A stretch of DNA of 63,999 bases, filler included, from Malassezia furfur (Eukaryota), in NCBI GenBank assembly GCA_052055015.1. It is 3 parts of 3 records of this genome, joined end to end, with 100 filler letters (N's around TTAATTAATTAA, not from the genome) between each part and the next. Parts side by side here need not be neighbours in the genome. Positions count along the whole stretch, not along the records: positions 1 to 23,567 come from JBQJIT010000150.1; 2 more parts are not named here. One strand, given 5' to 3'. A model generated the notes under the pieces. The model was not told where the DNA came from, ran no database searches, and was given only the letters and a program-made list of their open reading frames with translations. Position 1 is the stretch's first letter; each line of letters starts with the position of its first letter. The translations under genes were made by a program, and so were the position numbers. Positions 11,454 to 21,800 of this stretch are shown here, piece by piece.

Positions 11454-12950
11454 CTACGGGCGGGGGGCCGCAGGGGCCGCCCCGCTCTGGGGCGCCGCGC
11501 CGGACCCCGTCGAAGAGGCGGGCGGCGCGTTTTTCGGCGCACTACTGGAAGAGGCAGATTCGCTGCGGTTCGCACGGATCTGCGCCATGAGCTGCTCCTC
11601 GCGCTTGCGTTTCGCCGCCTGGTCAAGTGCACCACGTGCGGGCGACAGCGGTGAGGAGGCCACCTGCACCCGCGCAAACCGCGGTGCGCGAAGCGCTGCG
11701 TGGGCAGGCGACCGCGTGAGCGGCATGCGCCGCGACGTAGATGCGCTGAGTGAGTCTGGAAGCTTGGAGGAGATAGACGACGAGAAAGAGCGACTGTCAT
11801 CACCGCTCCGTTCGCTCATCGACGCGCCAAACGAGTCATCGCCTGCCACGGATGACGCGCGCGAACGGACAAGCTGCTGTGGTGTGCGCATGCCCTCACT
11901 GTGGAGCAGGTTGTTCACGCTCCGTCGCGGCGCGATCTTGGTCCGCCGCGAAACAAGACTCGCCAGGCTGTCTTCCACATTGTCGTCGCTGATGCCGGCC
12001 AGGGGCGAGTTCGCCGCGCTATTCTTGGCCAGCGCCAGCTCGTGCTGCCAGGCCAACTGCTTTTTCCGCTTGGCCTCTTCGTACTCCTCTTGTGACAGGA
12101 ACTTGTCGGTGTACGAAGGTACCTTGGCTTTGGTATCGGAATGGGTCGCGTCCTTGGGCATGCGGTACTTGGGCCGCATCTCCACCAGGGTGACCAGACG
12201 GCGGGGGACACCGTCATCTCCAATGCGCCAGCGCAGCCCATTTGCGTCGCGCCATTCGTCCCCAGGGCCGTGATCCTGGGAGGTATCTGCCGCTCGTTTC
12301 TTGCCATGCTCCGGGCCTGGAACGAGTTCGTCTTCTTCGTCCATCGACTCGATCTCGTCTTCTTCATCGGGCTGGCTCTCTTCAGAGACATCGGACATCG
12401 ACTCGTCCGACACCTCGTCATCCTCGTGGGGTATTTTGCGCCGCATCTTCCGAGTGGGTGCGTCCGATTGTGCATCAGACTGCGTCTCTGCGTGGCGCTT
12501 ACGTGAGGGCCGAGCTTCGTAGTGCGATGGCTCATACGAGTTCGATACTGCCTCGGTACGATTGCGCTTGGTGTGACCTGCGTCACTGTCCGTGCGCTCC
12601 CGCTTCCGAGGTTCACGTTGTGTGATGGTGCGCTGCCGTGCGAGCGGCTCTGGCTTTGGCACAGTATGCAGTGGCGCACGGTCGCGCACAGGGATATGCG
12701 GAACAGGCTGTGCAGGACCAAAGACGTCTTCACTCTGCCGCAGCTGCTCCTCAAAGGCGCGCTGCCGGCGCTGTGCGGCATCAGCCGCGGCGATCGCCAA
12801 CGGCCGCTTGTCCGTATCCGGAATACCCGCCTTCCTGCGCTGCTCTAGGACAAACTGGTGCGTCCGTGCGTGGAGTACCCATCGTTTCCAGAAAACTCCG
12901 AGCCAGTATACGCCCAGCACCGCGAGGGCATACGTCGCCCAGGATGCCAT
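11454..12950 (-). CDS. Hypothetical protein with N-terminal TM segment and a large disordered, acidic/basic region
   Basis: Long intronless ORF from MASWATYALAVLG; ordered blocks RRKAGIPDTDKRP and GDEWRDANGLRWRIGDDG; family not recognised. Confidence 0.7.
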   Translation of the reverse strand: MASWATYALAVLGVYWLGVFWKRWVLHARTHQFVLEQRRKAGIPDTDKRPLAIAAADAAQRRQRAFEEQLRQSEDVFGPAQPVPHIPVRDRAPLHTVPKPEPLARQRTITQREPRKRERTDSDAGHTKRNRTEAVSNSYEPSHYEARPSRKRHAETQSDAQSDAPTRKMRRKIPHEDDEVSDESMSDVSEESQPDEEDEIESMDEEDELVPGPEHGKKRAADTSQDHGPGDEWRDANGLRWRIGDDGVPRRLVTLVEMRPKYRMPKDATHSDTKAKVPSYTDKFLSQEEYEEAKRKKQLAWQHELALAKNSAANSPLAGISDDNVEDSLASLVSRRTKIAPRRSVNNLLHSEGMRTPQQLVRSRASSVAGDDSFGASMSERSGDDSRSFSSSISSKLPDSLSASTSRRMPLTRSPAHAALRAPRFARVQVASSPLSPARGALDQAAKRKREEQLMAQIRANRSESASSSSAPKNAPPASSTGSGAAPQSGAAPAAPRP

Positions 12951-13233
12951 GGCGGAGGCCTGCAGTGTGGTTGCGCCCGTCGCGCGCGCCGTGTGGAGGC
13001 GGCGTCGGCCGCTCATGCACGTGGGACATCGCCGATCGTGGCCAAGACGGCGGCCGAGAACTAGGTGGAGGCTACACCGAGCCGCCCTGACGCAAATAGA
13101 CCCTGGGTTGACCCTAATCCCGCCAGCCTGGGGTCCCAAACTGTATGATGTCATACCTGCAATTTGGGCGTGGTACTTCGGCGGGTTTTTTTTTCTAAAG
13201 GGTGGGATGCTGGGAACTCAGCATTTGCCTCCC

Positions 13234-15063
13234 ATGGACCGTCTGCGGCACTTTATTCGGCATGGCAAGGCCGCCATCTCGCCACCTGACTCGGAGAGGA
13301 TGGCGCCAGACAGCGCAATTAGTCCTATGGCGCTGTCTGCTGCACAGGTCACTCCCGCGGTCGTGGCAGGCACCATGGCTGTTCCCACGTTCCTGACCCC
13401 TACCAATTCGCAGGGATCGATCGCGACTGTGACGCCGCAAACTGCTACTGAACAGGCCAAAGAAAGTGAGGATGGAAAGAATCCGAGCATGCACCACCAA
13501 GTGGAGCGGATTGTTGCCCAGGAGCGCGAGGAGGCTGCCACGAAGGCGTCGGGACTTCCGCAGTACCCTGGACTGCCAGCCCAGTTTGAACTCGTCGAAA
13601 AGCTGGGCGATGGCACATTCTCTGTGGTCTACAAGGCCATCGATCACTCGAATGGCCAGGAAGTGGCCGTCAAGGTTGTGCGCAAACAGGATGCATCACG
13701 CGACCACAGTGCCACTCTGGATCCCCATCTGCGTGAGCACAACCGGGCGTCGGAGCGCGACGCGATTTTGAAGGAGGTGCAAATCATGCGCCGACTTAAT
13801 CACTCCGGGATCGTCCAGCTCGTCTCGTTCACCGAGTCGGACGAGTACTGCTTCATGGTGCTCGAGTTGCTGAATGGTGGCGAGCTGTTCGAACAGATCG
13901 TCAAGCTGACGTATCTGAGTGAGCCGCTCGCGCGCCATGTGGTTGTGCAGGTCGCGCACGCGATTCGTTTCATGCACGAAGAGTGCGGTATTGTACACCG
14001 CGACATCAAGCCGGAGAATTTGTTGTTCGAGTCCATTGACATTATCCCGTCGCAGAACCCGATCAAGCGGCCCTACGACGAGGACAAAATGGACGAGGGC
14101 GAGTTCCGTCCTGGCGTCGGCGGAGGCGGCATTGGCCGCGTCAAGATTGCTGACTTCGGCCTCAGCAAGATTGTCTGGGAGCAAAACACCAAGACGCCGT
14201 GCGGAACGGTGGGGTACGCTGCCCCCGAGATTGTGCGCGACGAACACTACTCTAAGAGCGTGGACATGTGGGCACTCGGATGTGTCCTGTACACGCTGCT
14301 ATGCGGTTTTCCGCCGTTTTACGACGAATCAATCAAAACCCTTACTGAAAAGGTGTCCAAAGGCCAGTATACCTTTTTGAGTCCGTGGTGGGATGACATC
14401 AGCGACTCGGCCAAGGACTTGGTTTCGAACCTGCTGACCGTGGATGTGAACAAACGATACACAATTGACCAATTTTTGGCACATGAGTGGTGCCGCGCAG
14501 ATGGCGCAGCCGCTCAACCGATACCCACCCCGACGCCGACGCGGCAAGCGGGGACCATGCCAAGCCTGTTCGACGACATGGAGCTCGATTCGCCGATGCT
14601 TGCTCCGCCGCACCGTCAAGAGCTCATGTCGCAGACGGAGCGCACGATCAATGCGAACCGCCTCCGCGAGGCGTTCGATGTGTCCTCTGCAGTGCACCGG
14701 ATTGAAGAGGAGACCAAGCACCGGGCGCAGACGTCCCCTGAGGCGCAACGCCACCATGTGTGGCACCCGATCAACTCGGGCGGGGACGACGAGAACGACG
14801 CGCTTGCGCACGCACGCCACCGATATGGCAATGCAGCGGCGCGCGCCATCGCTGAGCGCCGGCATGTGCAGTCCAGCAAGCCGCAGCGCTCCGCGCACGC
14901 CAAAATGCGCCAGGGATTCAACCTCAACCTGGACGGCGCGACCATCCTGGAACGCCGCAAACGCATCATGCTCCGTGAGGCGCAGGCCAAGAACCAGCCG
15001 GGCGACGAGCTGTCCAACTACACCGCGGACGCACTCATGCCGATCTCGTCCGGGGCAGCATAG
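13234..15063 (+). CDS. MAPK-activated CaMK-like protein kinase (Srk1/Rck2 family)
   Basis: N-terminal LRHFIRHGK, HRDIKPEN, GVGGGGIGRVKIADFGLSK insert, TPCGTVGY, C-terminal FNLNLDGATILERRK; alternative ATG at 13207. Confidence 0.92.
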   Translation: MDRLRHFIRHGKAAISPPDSERMAPDSAISPMALSAAQVTPAVVAGTMAVPTFLTPTNSQGSIATVTPQTATEQAKESEDGKNPSMHHQVERIVAQEREEAATKASGLPQYPGLPAQFELVEKLGDGTFSVVYKAIDHSNGQEVAVKVVRKQDASRDHSATLDPHLREHNRASERDAILKEVQIMRRLNHSGIVQLVSFTESDEYCFMVLELLNGGELFEQIVKLTYLSEPLARHVVVQVAHAIRFMHEECGIVHRDIKPENLLFESIDIIPSQNPIKRPYDEDKMDEGEFRPGVGGGGIGRVKIADFGLSKIVWEQNTKTPCGTVGYAAPEIVRDEHYSKSVDMWALGCVLYTLLCGFPPFYDESIKTLTEKVSKGQYTFLSPWWDDISDSAKDLVSNLLTVDVNKRYTIDQFLAHEWCRADGAAAQPIPTPTPTRQAGTMPSLFDDMELDSPMLAPPHRQELMSQTERTINANRLREAFDVSSAVHRIEEETKHRAQTSPEAQRHHVWHPINSGGDDENDALAHARHRYGNAAARAIAERRHVQSSKPQRSAHAKMRQGFNLNLDGATILERRKRIMLREAQAKNQPGDELSNYTADALMPISSGAA

Positions 15064-15118
15064 GCATGATATACCATTTGCAATTGGTACCATAGCTACT
15101 GTATGTACATGCATGTGA

Positions 15119-16555
15119 TTATACAGAACCGACCTCGATGACCCCCGTCGCTGCCTTCTGCAGCCGGTTCATCACGGCCAACCCGATGCCGGTGTCAGGA
15201 ATCTCTTCCACCAAGATTAAATCGCACGCCGACGGCTCACCCGCCCATGGAACGTCGGTGTCCAGTGTGCGTAGCCCATCAAACAGCCGCTGGGCGGCCG
15301 TTGCGGGCGCAGACTGCACGCCCAGCGAGTACACACACAGCTGGTGAGGACCGCAGTCCACCACGGGCGACACACGCTCGGACGACGCTGCCCACTGCTG
15401 CAGCGGCTCCGATGTTAAGCGTGCCACGCACGCAAACAACGGCGAGTCGACTGCACACATCACTCCGATGCGCCCGTGCCCCGCGCGTCGGCGTGCGCCC
15501 GTCGCATCATGAGCATTGGCTGCTTCTTCGGTGATCGACGCCAGCTGCGACGACAGCACCTCGGCCAGCGACGCGGCATGGGGCTGGAAGCGGACCAGAA
15601 CGACCCGGGCCTCGGGCGAATAGTGGCGGTACTTCATCCCAGGTGTCGTGGGTGCCTGCTCTGCGGCCGCACTACGCTCGAGCGTCTTGCCGTACACACG
15701 CAGCTGCACGGCGTCGCTCCCTGCCTCGGGTGTGCCACGCAATAGGTGGTTGGCCTGCAGCACAGACGCAATCGACTCAACAGACACGCCGCCGGGGCGC
15801 AGTACGTGTACCTCGCCCGGCGTCGTCACGGCATCCACCACGGTGCTTTCGACCCCCACGTCACAATTGCCCCCGTCCACAATGTAGCGCAGCACCTGCC
15901 GCTGTGCCAAATCCGTATACACGTGTTGTGCGCTCGTAGGTGATGGCCGACCTGACGCATTTGCGGATGGTGCAGCAATAGGAACATTGGCCAGCGCAAT
16001 CAGTGCACGCGCAATAGGGTGAGAGGGCATGCGCACCCCTACAGTCGGCTGTCCGCAAGTGACGGTGGACGGAACATGAGGCTGTCCCTCGGTCGTGCCG
16101 ACGGGGAAAAGCAGGGTCAGTGGTCCCGGCCAGAATGCATCCATGAGCACTTCGCAAACACGGCTGACTTGGTATCCATGTGGCAGGAGCCGCATCATCA
16201 TCGCGCGATCGCTCACATGCACAATTAGAGGGTTGTCCATCGGACGATTCTTGGCTTGGTAGATTTTTGCTGCAGCCTCAGCACGCACGGCACAGGCACC
16301 GAGACCATAGACGGTTTCTGTGGGGAACGCCACAAGCTCTCCCGCCGCGAGATGTTTGGCCGCGGTGGTCAGGCTCTGTTGTGCCACGTCCGAGTCAATG
16401 TGCACTTGCACAGGGTGCCCGGGCTGCTCGTCAAACGAGATGCCAAAGTTTGGTGCACTTTTTGGAACGGGAAGAATCGTGGTGGTCATCCTTCGAGCAA
16501 TATATCCGACCGTTCGCAGTGAACTGTATGCAAACCGCCGAGCCGCTATGGGCAT
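15119..16555 (-). CDS. SUA5: Threonylcarbamoyl-AMP synthase Sua5
   Basis: VAFPTETVYGLGA, KNRPMDNPLIVH, AAPSANASGRPSPT, PGMKYRHYSP, AVMNRLQKAA. Confidence 0.95.
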   Translation of the reverse strand: MPIAARRFAYSSLRTVGYIARRMTTTILPVPKSAPNFGISFDEQPGHPVQVHIDSDVAQQSLTTAAKHLAAGELVAFPTETVYGLGACAVRAEAAAKIYQAKNRPMDNPLIVHVSDRAMMMRLLPHGYQVSRVCEVLMDAFWPGPLTLLFPVGTTEGQPHVPSTVTCGQPTVGVRMPSHPIARALIALANVPIAAPSANASGRPSPTSAQHVYTDLAQRQVLRYIVDGGNCDVGVESTVVDAVTTPGEVHVLRPGGVSVESIASVLQANHLLRGTPEAGSDAVQLRVYGKTLERSAAAEQAPTTPGMKYRHYSPEARVVLVRFQPHAASLAEVLSSQLASITEEAANAHDATGARRRAGHGRIGVMCAVDSPLFACVARLTSEPLQQWAASSERVSPVVDCGPHQLCVYSLGVQSAPATAAQRLFDGLRTLDTDVPWAGEPSACDLILVEEIPDTGIGLAVMNRLQKAATGVIEVGSV

Positions 16556-16630
16556 GCAGTGGTCTGCGGAAGCTGCGAGCACAAAAAAAAAAAAAAAGTG
16601 GAGCACTACGGCGCACGGAACTTGCGCTGG

Positions 16631-17570
16631 TTACGGTGCATGGCGGTCGGCGTAACGGTACGCGCCGTAATCTGCGTTTGGATCGTATACTTCCCAGCGG
16701 CTCGCAGGGAAGATGTGTTTGTGTCGATTATACCAGCCGCGCTCAACGACCTTCCCGGCGTGTGATTCGTCCTTTTCCACGGATGAATCGTTCAGAAGAC
16801 GCACATCGTCATGCACGTCAAAATGGAAGAGGGGACCGGATTTTCCGCGCGCTTTGGATACGATCAGATCGTAAAAGGTATAGTGGTGCGGTATAATCAG
16901 GTCCTCCTTCACATATAATAGGTTGTCGGCACGCAGGTGACGTAGTTGCGGAATCTGCTGGCGGCATCGCTCGAGAAAATCGGCGATGGAATCGCCTTTC
17001 CGACATGTTACAGAATGACGATGGCCAGTTCCATCCCAGAATGAGTAGGTCACTTCCATCTCTTCGTTCTTGAGCTTCTCTTGCTGCTGCTGCCATTCGT
17101 CCTTGAGCTGACTGCGAAGCCGTTGCTCTTCTGCATCACGTTCCCGATCTGGAAGAAACGAGGTGTCGACGCTTGGATCCTTCACGTTCTTCTTGTCTTT
17201 ATCTGCCCGGATACGTTTTGGGAGCGGCAACGGCTCTTCTTCCTCCTCGTCCAACGAGAAAGACAATTTTGACTGTGCCTTTCGGCCCTCCTTGCGCCTC
17301 GCCTCGCGCTTCTTCGCTCTGTGTGAGTAGATAAGCGTACCGTAGCTCAGCGTCGCGCTCCGATGCGCGTCCCTTGTCCTCAAGAAGCTCCTCGCGCTTG
17401 CGCTGGAAATCCTCGAGCCGGACCAGCCCGACGGTCTCGATTTTAAGAGAATCCTCGGTCTGATCCTGTTTCCCAACAAACCGGCTCCCTGTAGCAGCAC
17501 TGGCTTCAGCCGCACGACTGGCGAGGGCGCCGGACGGCTCGCCCTGTCGTTCGGACGACCCCGCGTGCAT
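16631..17570 (-). CDS. XAP5: XAP5/FAM50 family nuclear protein
   Basis: [61 protein letters not shown]; one 22-nt intron. Confidence 0.93.
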
Positions 17571-17617
17571 GGGTGTCGGTGTGCTTCTTCTGTCGGCCGA
17601 GCCTTCTCGCTTGGACC

Positions 17618-17998
17618 ATGTCGCAAACGGGCGTGTCGCGAAGCAGCCGCCAGCGCTGCTGGGAGAGCCGCGACGTGTACTATGCATGCCTGAACAAGCA
17701 CAATATTTTTGCGCCGCCGGGTACCGATATGTCGGGCACACCTGGCCCGCTTGGCCGTGGCGCATTCCGCGATCCGCCACGATCTGAAGCGGAGCGTGCG
17801 CAAAAAGCGGCCGACGAGCGCAAGAACGACCCGTGCGCACCACTGCGCGACGAGTACGAGGGGAGTTGTGCAAAGAGCTGGGTAGGTTCTAAGCTAATAC
17901 AGGTGGAATACTTCAACAAAAGGCGCGTGCTCGACGAGCGCCAGAAGCAGTTTTACTCGGAAGCCGAGGCGCGCGTCGCTGCAGGCAACCGTGCATAG
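17618..17998 (+). CDS. COA6: Cytochrome c oxidase assembly factor Coa6-like (COX6B fold)
   Basis: [15 protein letters not shown]...[18 protein letters not shown]; 21-nt intron 17882-17902. Confidence 0.8.
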   Translation: MSQTGVSRSSRQRCWESRDVYYACLNKHNIFAPPGTDMSGTPGPLGRGAFRDPPRSEAERAQKAADERKNDPCAPLRDEYEGSCAKSWVGSKLIQVEYFNKRRVLDERQKQFYSEAEARVAAGNRA

Positions 17999-17999
17999 G

Positions 18000-18767
18000 T
18001 TAGATCATGTGTGGCCGCCCTGGGTCGCTCTGTTCCAAAATGGATTGACGCACATCGCGCAATGCGCCCGTGAGACCGCCTGCAGTGGCGCCAAGCAGGA
18101 CGGCGCGAAGCCAGACAGGCCGCGAGAAACGGACTATGTTAGCAGGGGACGTACAAGCAATCGCAGCCACGAGCGCAGTCGCCGACCCGGCGATGGTTCC
18201 GTCTGACCAATGCCCGAGGTAGGACACCAGTGGCCGTTGTGCATCGTCGTTGTAGGCCATGGCAGGATGCCGAAGCATCCAGCGCTGCCGCGCATGCTCG
18301 GCCATAACATCGATCAGGCAGAATCCGGCCGTCCAGCCGGCGAGCTGCAGGCCCGTTTGCCCGCCTTGCTGGACGCCGCCCAGGATCATGCGGTAGTACT
18401 TGGTCTTGTTGTAAAAGTACCAGCCCTGGACGGTGCGAGGCAATCGATGCGCATTTTCGGCGAGGTAGACGAGCGCGGTTCGGCGTGCACCACCCAATAC
18501 GCCCGAAGCAAACCCAATTCCAAACGCACATGATACCAGCAGCGTACTGAGGGGCAAGTGGACCGTGAGCGGGGGCTCCTTAGGCTCCTCGTACGGCGGC
18601 AGATGCAGTACGTTGCGTTCCGGTGGTACCGGAAGTGCGACATCCTGTGCAGAGGCATGTGCATCCGCTGCGTGTGCCGGCATGCTTGCCTCGCGCTCAG
18701 TGCGCGATGCACCGCCGCTGCGCGCCCACGGCCACCACCCGCTGGACGCGTCGGGGCCGCCCACCAT
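18000..18767 (-). CDS. Conserved fungal mitochondrial membrane protein (resembles the yeast YDL157C family)
   Basis: LAENAHRLPRTVQGWYFYNKTKYYRM motif flanked by Gly-rich TM helices; probable in-frame 21-nt intron. Confidence 0.6.
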   Translation of the reverse strand: MVGGPDASSGWWPWARSGGASRTEREASMPAHAADAHASAQDVALPVPPERNVLHLPPYEEPKEPPLTVHLPLSTLLVSCAFGIGFASGVLGGARRTALVYLAENAHRLPRTVQGWYFYNKTKYYRMILGGVQQGGQTGLQLAGWTAGFCLIDVMAEHARQRWMLRHPAMAYNDDAQRPLVSYLGHWSDGTIAGSATALVAAIACTSPANIVRFSRPVWLRAVLLGATAGGLTGALRDVRQSILEQSDPGRPHMI

Positions 18768-18778
18768 CACCAAAGAGG

Positions 18779-18806
18779 CACGTGACGTCGCGAAGATGGT
18801 GACTCA
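18779..18806. promoter_or_regulatory. E-box/CRE-like CACGTGACGTC plus Gcn4-type TGACTCA in the 51-bp divergent promoter of LYS2
   Basis: CACGTG at 18779-18784 and TGACTCA at 18800-18806, immediately upstream of the LYS2 ATG. Confidence 0.5.
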
Positions 18807-18818
18807 ACCCGAGACATC

Positions 18819-21800
18819 ATGGCGGACGATCGCACGGACGCGGACGTCCAGGGAAAGCTCGACTTTTGGTCGCAGCAGCTGCGTAGTCTACCACGACTCG
18901 CACTGCCGACCGATTACCCACGCCCAGTCAAGCAGAATGTGATCCATGCGATGAAAAGTTTGTCGCTGCCGGCGCCGGTGACCAAAGCGCTGGCGCGCCT
19001 GGCGCTGTACGAGGACGAGAGCACGTCGACGGCCGCCTCGCGCTTCCAGGATGACGATGAAGAGGGTGAAGGCAGTGAGATGCGTGTGTACGATCTGCTG
19101 CTCACGGCGCTCGTCGTGCTCATCCACCGGTACACGGGCGACACCGATGTGGTGGTTGCGTCCAACGACCCCAAGAGTGGCAATGCGGTGGTGCTGCGCA
19201 TTAAGATCGAGCCAGAGGACTCGTTCTGGCAGGTGGCACGGCGCGTTCAGGCGGTCGAGGCCGAGGCGCTGCGGAATAGCGTGCCGTTCGACCTGCTCGA
19301 GGAGCGCATCGAGGCCGATCGCTTCGCCGTCGAGGGTGCCGCGCCGGGCGGTGTGCGTGCACCGCTGTTCCGTGTGCGTTTCTTTGACGATACTGGGTCG
19401 CAGGTGCGGCAGTTCATGCAGCAGACGAACCTCACGACGGATCTGAGTCTGTTTGTGACGCCGCCCGACGTAGACGTCGACCCCGAGGCGGGCACCAGGG
19501 CACCCGACGGCGAGTCGGCGTCGGCGTCGATGAGTGGCTCCTTCCACTCATTCCGTGCGCCGGCGCACACGCCCGTGTCGCTGCACGTATCGTACAATGC
19601 GCTGCTCTTTTCCGCGCAGCGCATGCAGGGGATGCTGGCGCAGCTCTCGACGCTGATCCGCGCCGCGGCGCAGAACCCGCTGGCGCCCGTCGGCAAGATT
19701 GTGTTCCGCTCGGCAGATGAGGCAGCGGTGCTGCCGGACCCCCGCAAGGACCTCGACTGGTGTGGCTACCGCGGGAGCATCACGAGCATCTTTGAGCGCA
19801 ACGCTCAGGCGTTTCCCGACCGCCGGTGCCTGGTCGAGAGCGTGTCGACGGGCGATGCGCTGGGAGCGCCGGCCGCGCAGGTGCGCACCATGACGTACGG
19901 CGCGCTGAACCGCGCGAGCAACGTCGCGGCACACCGTCTGCGCATGGCCGGCGTGGACCGTGGCGACGTCGTGACGGTGTATGCGTACCGTGGCATTGAT
20001 CTCGTGATTGCCGTGCTTGCCACGCTCAAGGCCGGTGCAACGTTTAGCGTGATCGACCCGAGCTACCCGCCGAGCCGCCAGAACATCTACCTGCAGGTGG
20101 CGCGCCCCCGTGCGCTGGTGGTGCTGGCCAAGGCGGGCCGCATCCACCCGCAGGTGCGCGCGTGCATCGAGGAGGAGCTCGATCTGAAGATTGAGATCCC
20201 TGCGCTCGAGCTCGTCGGTGACGCCGTGGTCGGTGGCGAGATCAATGGCGAGGACGTCCTGGTCGTCGCGCAGGACAAGGCGGACGAGTCGACGGGCGTT
20301 GTGCTGGGTCCCGACAGTGTAGCGACGCTGTCGTTCACGTCGGGCTCGACGGGCATCCCCAAGGGTGTACAGGGCCGGCACTACAGCCTGACGCACTTTT
20401 TCCCGTGGATGGGCGAGCGCTTCGGCCTGAGTGCCGCGGACCGCTTCACGATGCTGAGCGGCATTGCGCACGACCCGATCCAGCGCGACATCTTCACGCC
20501 GCTCTTCTTTGGTGCGGAGCTGCACATCCCCACCGCGGAGGACATTGGCACGCCCGGCCGCCTGGCCGAGTGGATGGCGGCGACCAAGGCGAGCGTGACG
20601 CACCTCACGCCGGCCATGGGCCAGTTGCTGTCCGCGCAGGCGACGGCGGCGATCCCGACGCTGCGCAACGCGTTCTTCGTGGGCGACATCCTGACGAAGC
20701 GCGACTGCACGCGTCTGCAGGCGCTTGCGGCGAACGTGTGCATCATCAACATGTACGGTACCACCGAGACGCAGCGTGCCGTGTCGTACTATGCGATCCC
20801 GCCTGCAAGTGAGGACGTGGCGTTCCTCAAGACGCAGAAGGACATTATGCCTGCGGGCCAGGGTATGATCGATGTGCAGCTGCTCGTGGTGAACCGCAAC
20901 GAGCGGCAGGAGACGTGTGCGGTCGGCGAGGTGGGTGAGATCTACGTGCGCTCGGGCGGTCTCGCCGAGGGCTACTTGGGCCCGCCCGAGGTGACCGCCG
21001 AAAAGTTTGTCGCCAACTGGCTTGCGCCGGACCTCGAAATCCCTGACACGCTGCGCGGCACGCCCGAGGGCGCGTACTGGAAGGGCCCGCGTGACCGCAT
21101 GTACCGCACGGGCGACCTGGGCCGCTACCTGCCCGACGGGCGCGTCGAGTGCACGGGCCGCGCCGACGACCAGATCAAGATCCGCGGCTTCCGCATCGAG
21201 CTCGGCGAGATCGATACGCACCTTTCGCGCCACCCGCATGTGCGCGAGAATGTGACGCTTGTGCGCCGCGACAAGGACGAGGAAAAGGTGCTGGTGTCGT
21301 ACTTTGTGCCGACGGACGACGCGCACGCCGAGGGCGACGACGTGGCAGTGCCGTCGGAGATTGTGGGTGCGCAGCGCGACATTCTGCGCGGCATTGCGCG
21401 CCACCGCCAGCTGATCAAGGACATCCGCGAGTACCTCAAGCAGAAGCTGCCGACCTACTCGGTGCCGACGCTGTTTGTGCCGCTGGCCAAGATGCCGCTC
21501 AACCCCAACGGCAAGGTCGACAAGCCCGCGCTGCCGTTCCCCGACACGGTGCTGGCGCAGCGCCTCGCGCATGCCACCGGCCCGGCGAGCGGCTCCGATG
21601 CGCCGCGCAGCAAGACGGAGGAGGCGATCGGTGCCGTGTGGGCGCAGCTGCTGCCCGGCGTTGCGGAGCCGGTGCCGCTGGACGAGTCCTTCTTTGACCT
21701 GGGCGGCCACTCGATCCTCGCGACGCGCCTCGTGTTTGCCCTGCGCCAGGCGTTTGCGGTGCACATCCCGCTCGGCCTCGTGTTTGATGCGCCGACCGTG

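Noticed and set aside
12592..13233. 200-aa N-terminal extension of the kinase ORF overlapping the opposite-strand gene
   Set aside because: Starts at a non-ATG codon and is antisense to a real gene; family similarity begins at MDRLRHFIRHGK
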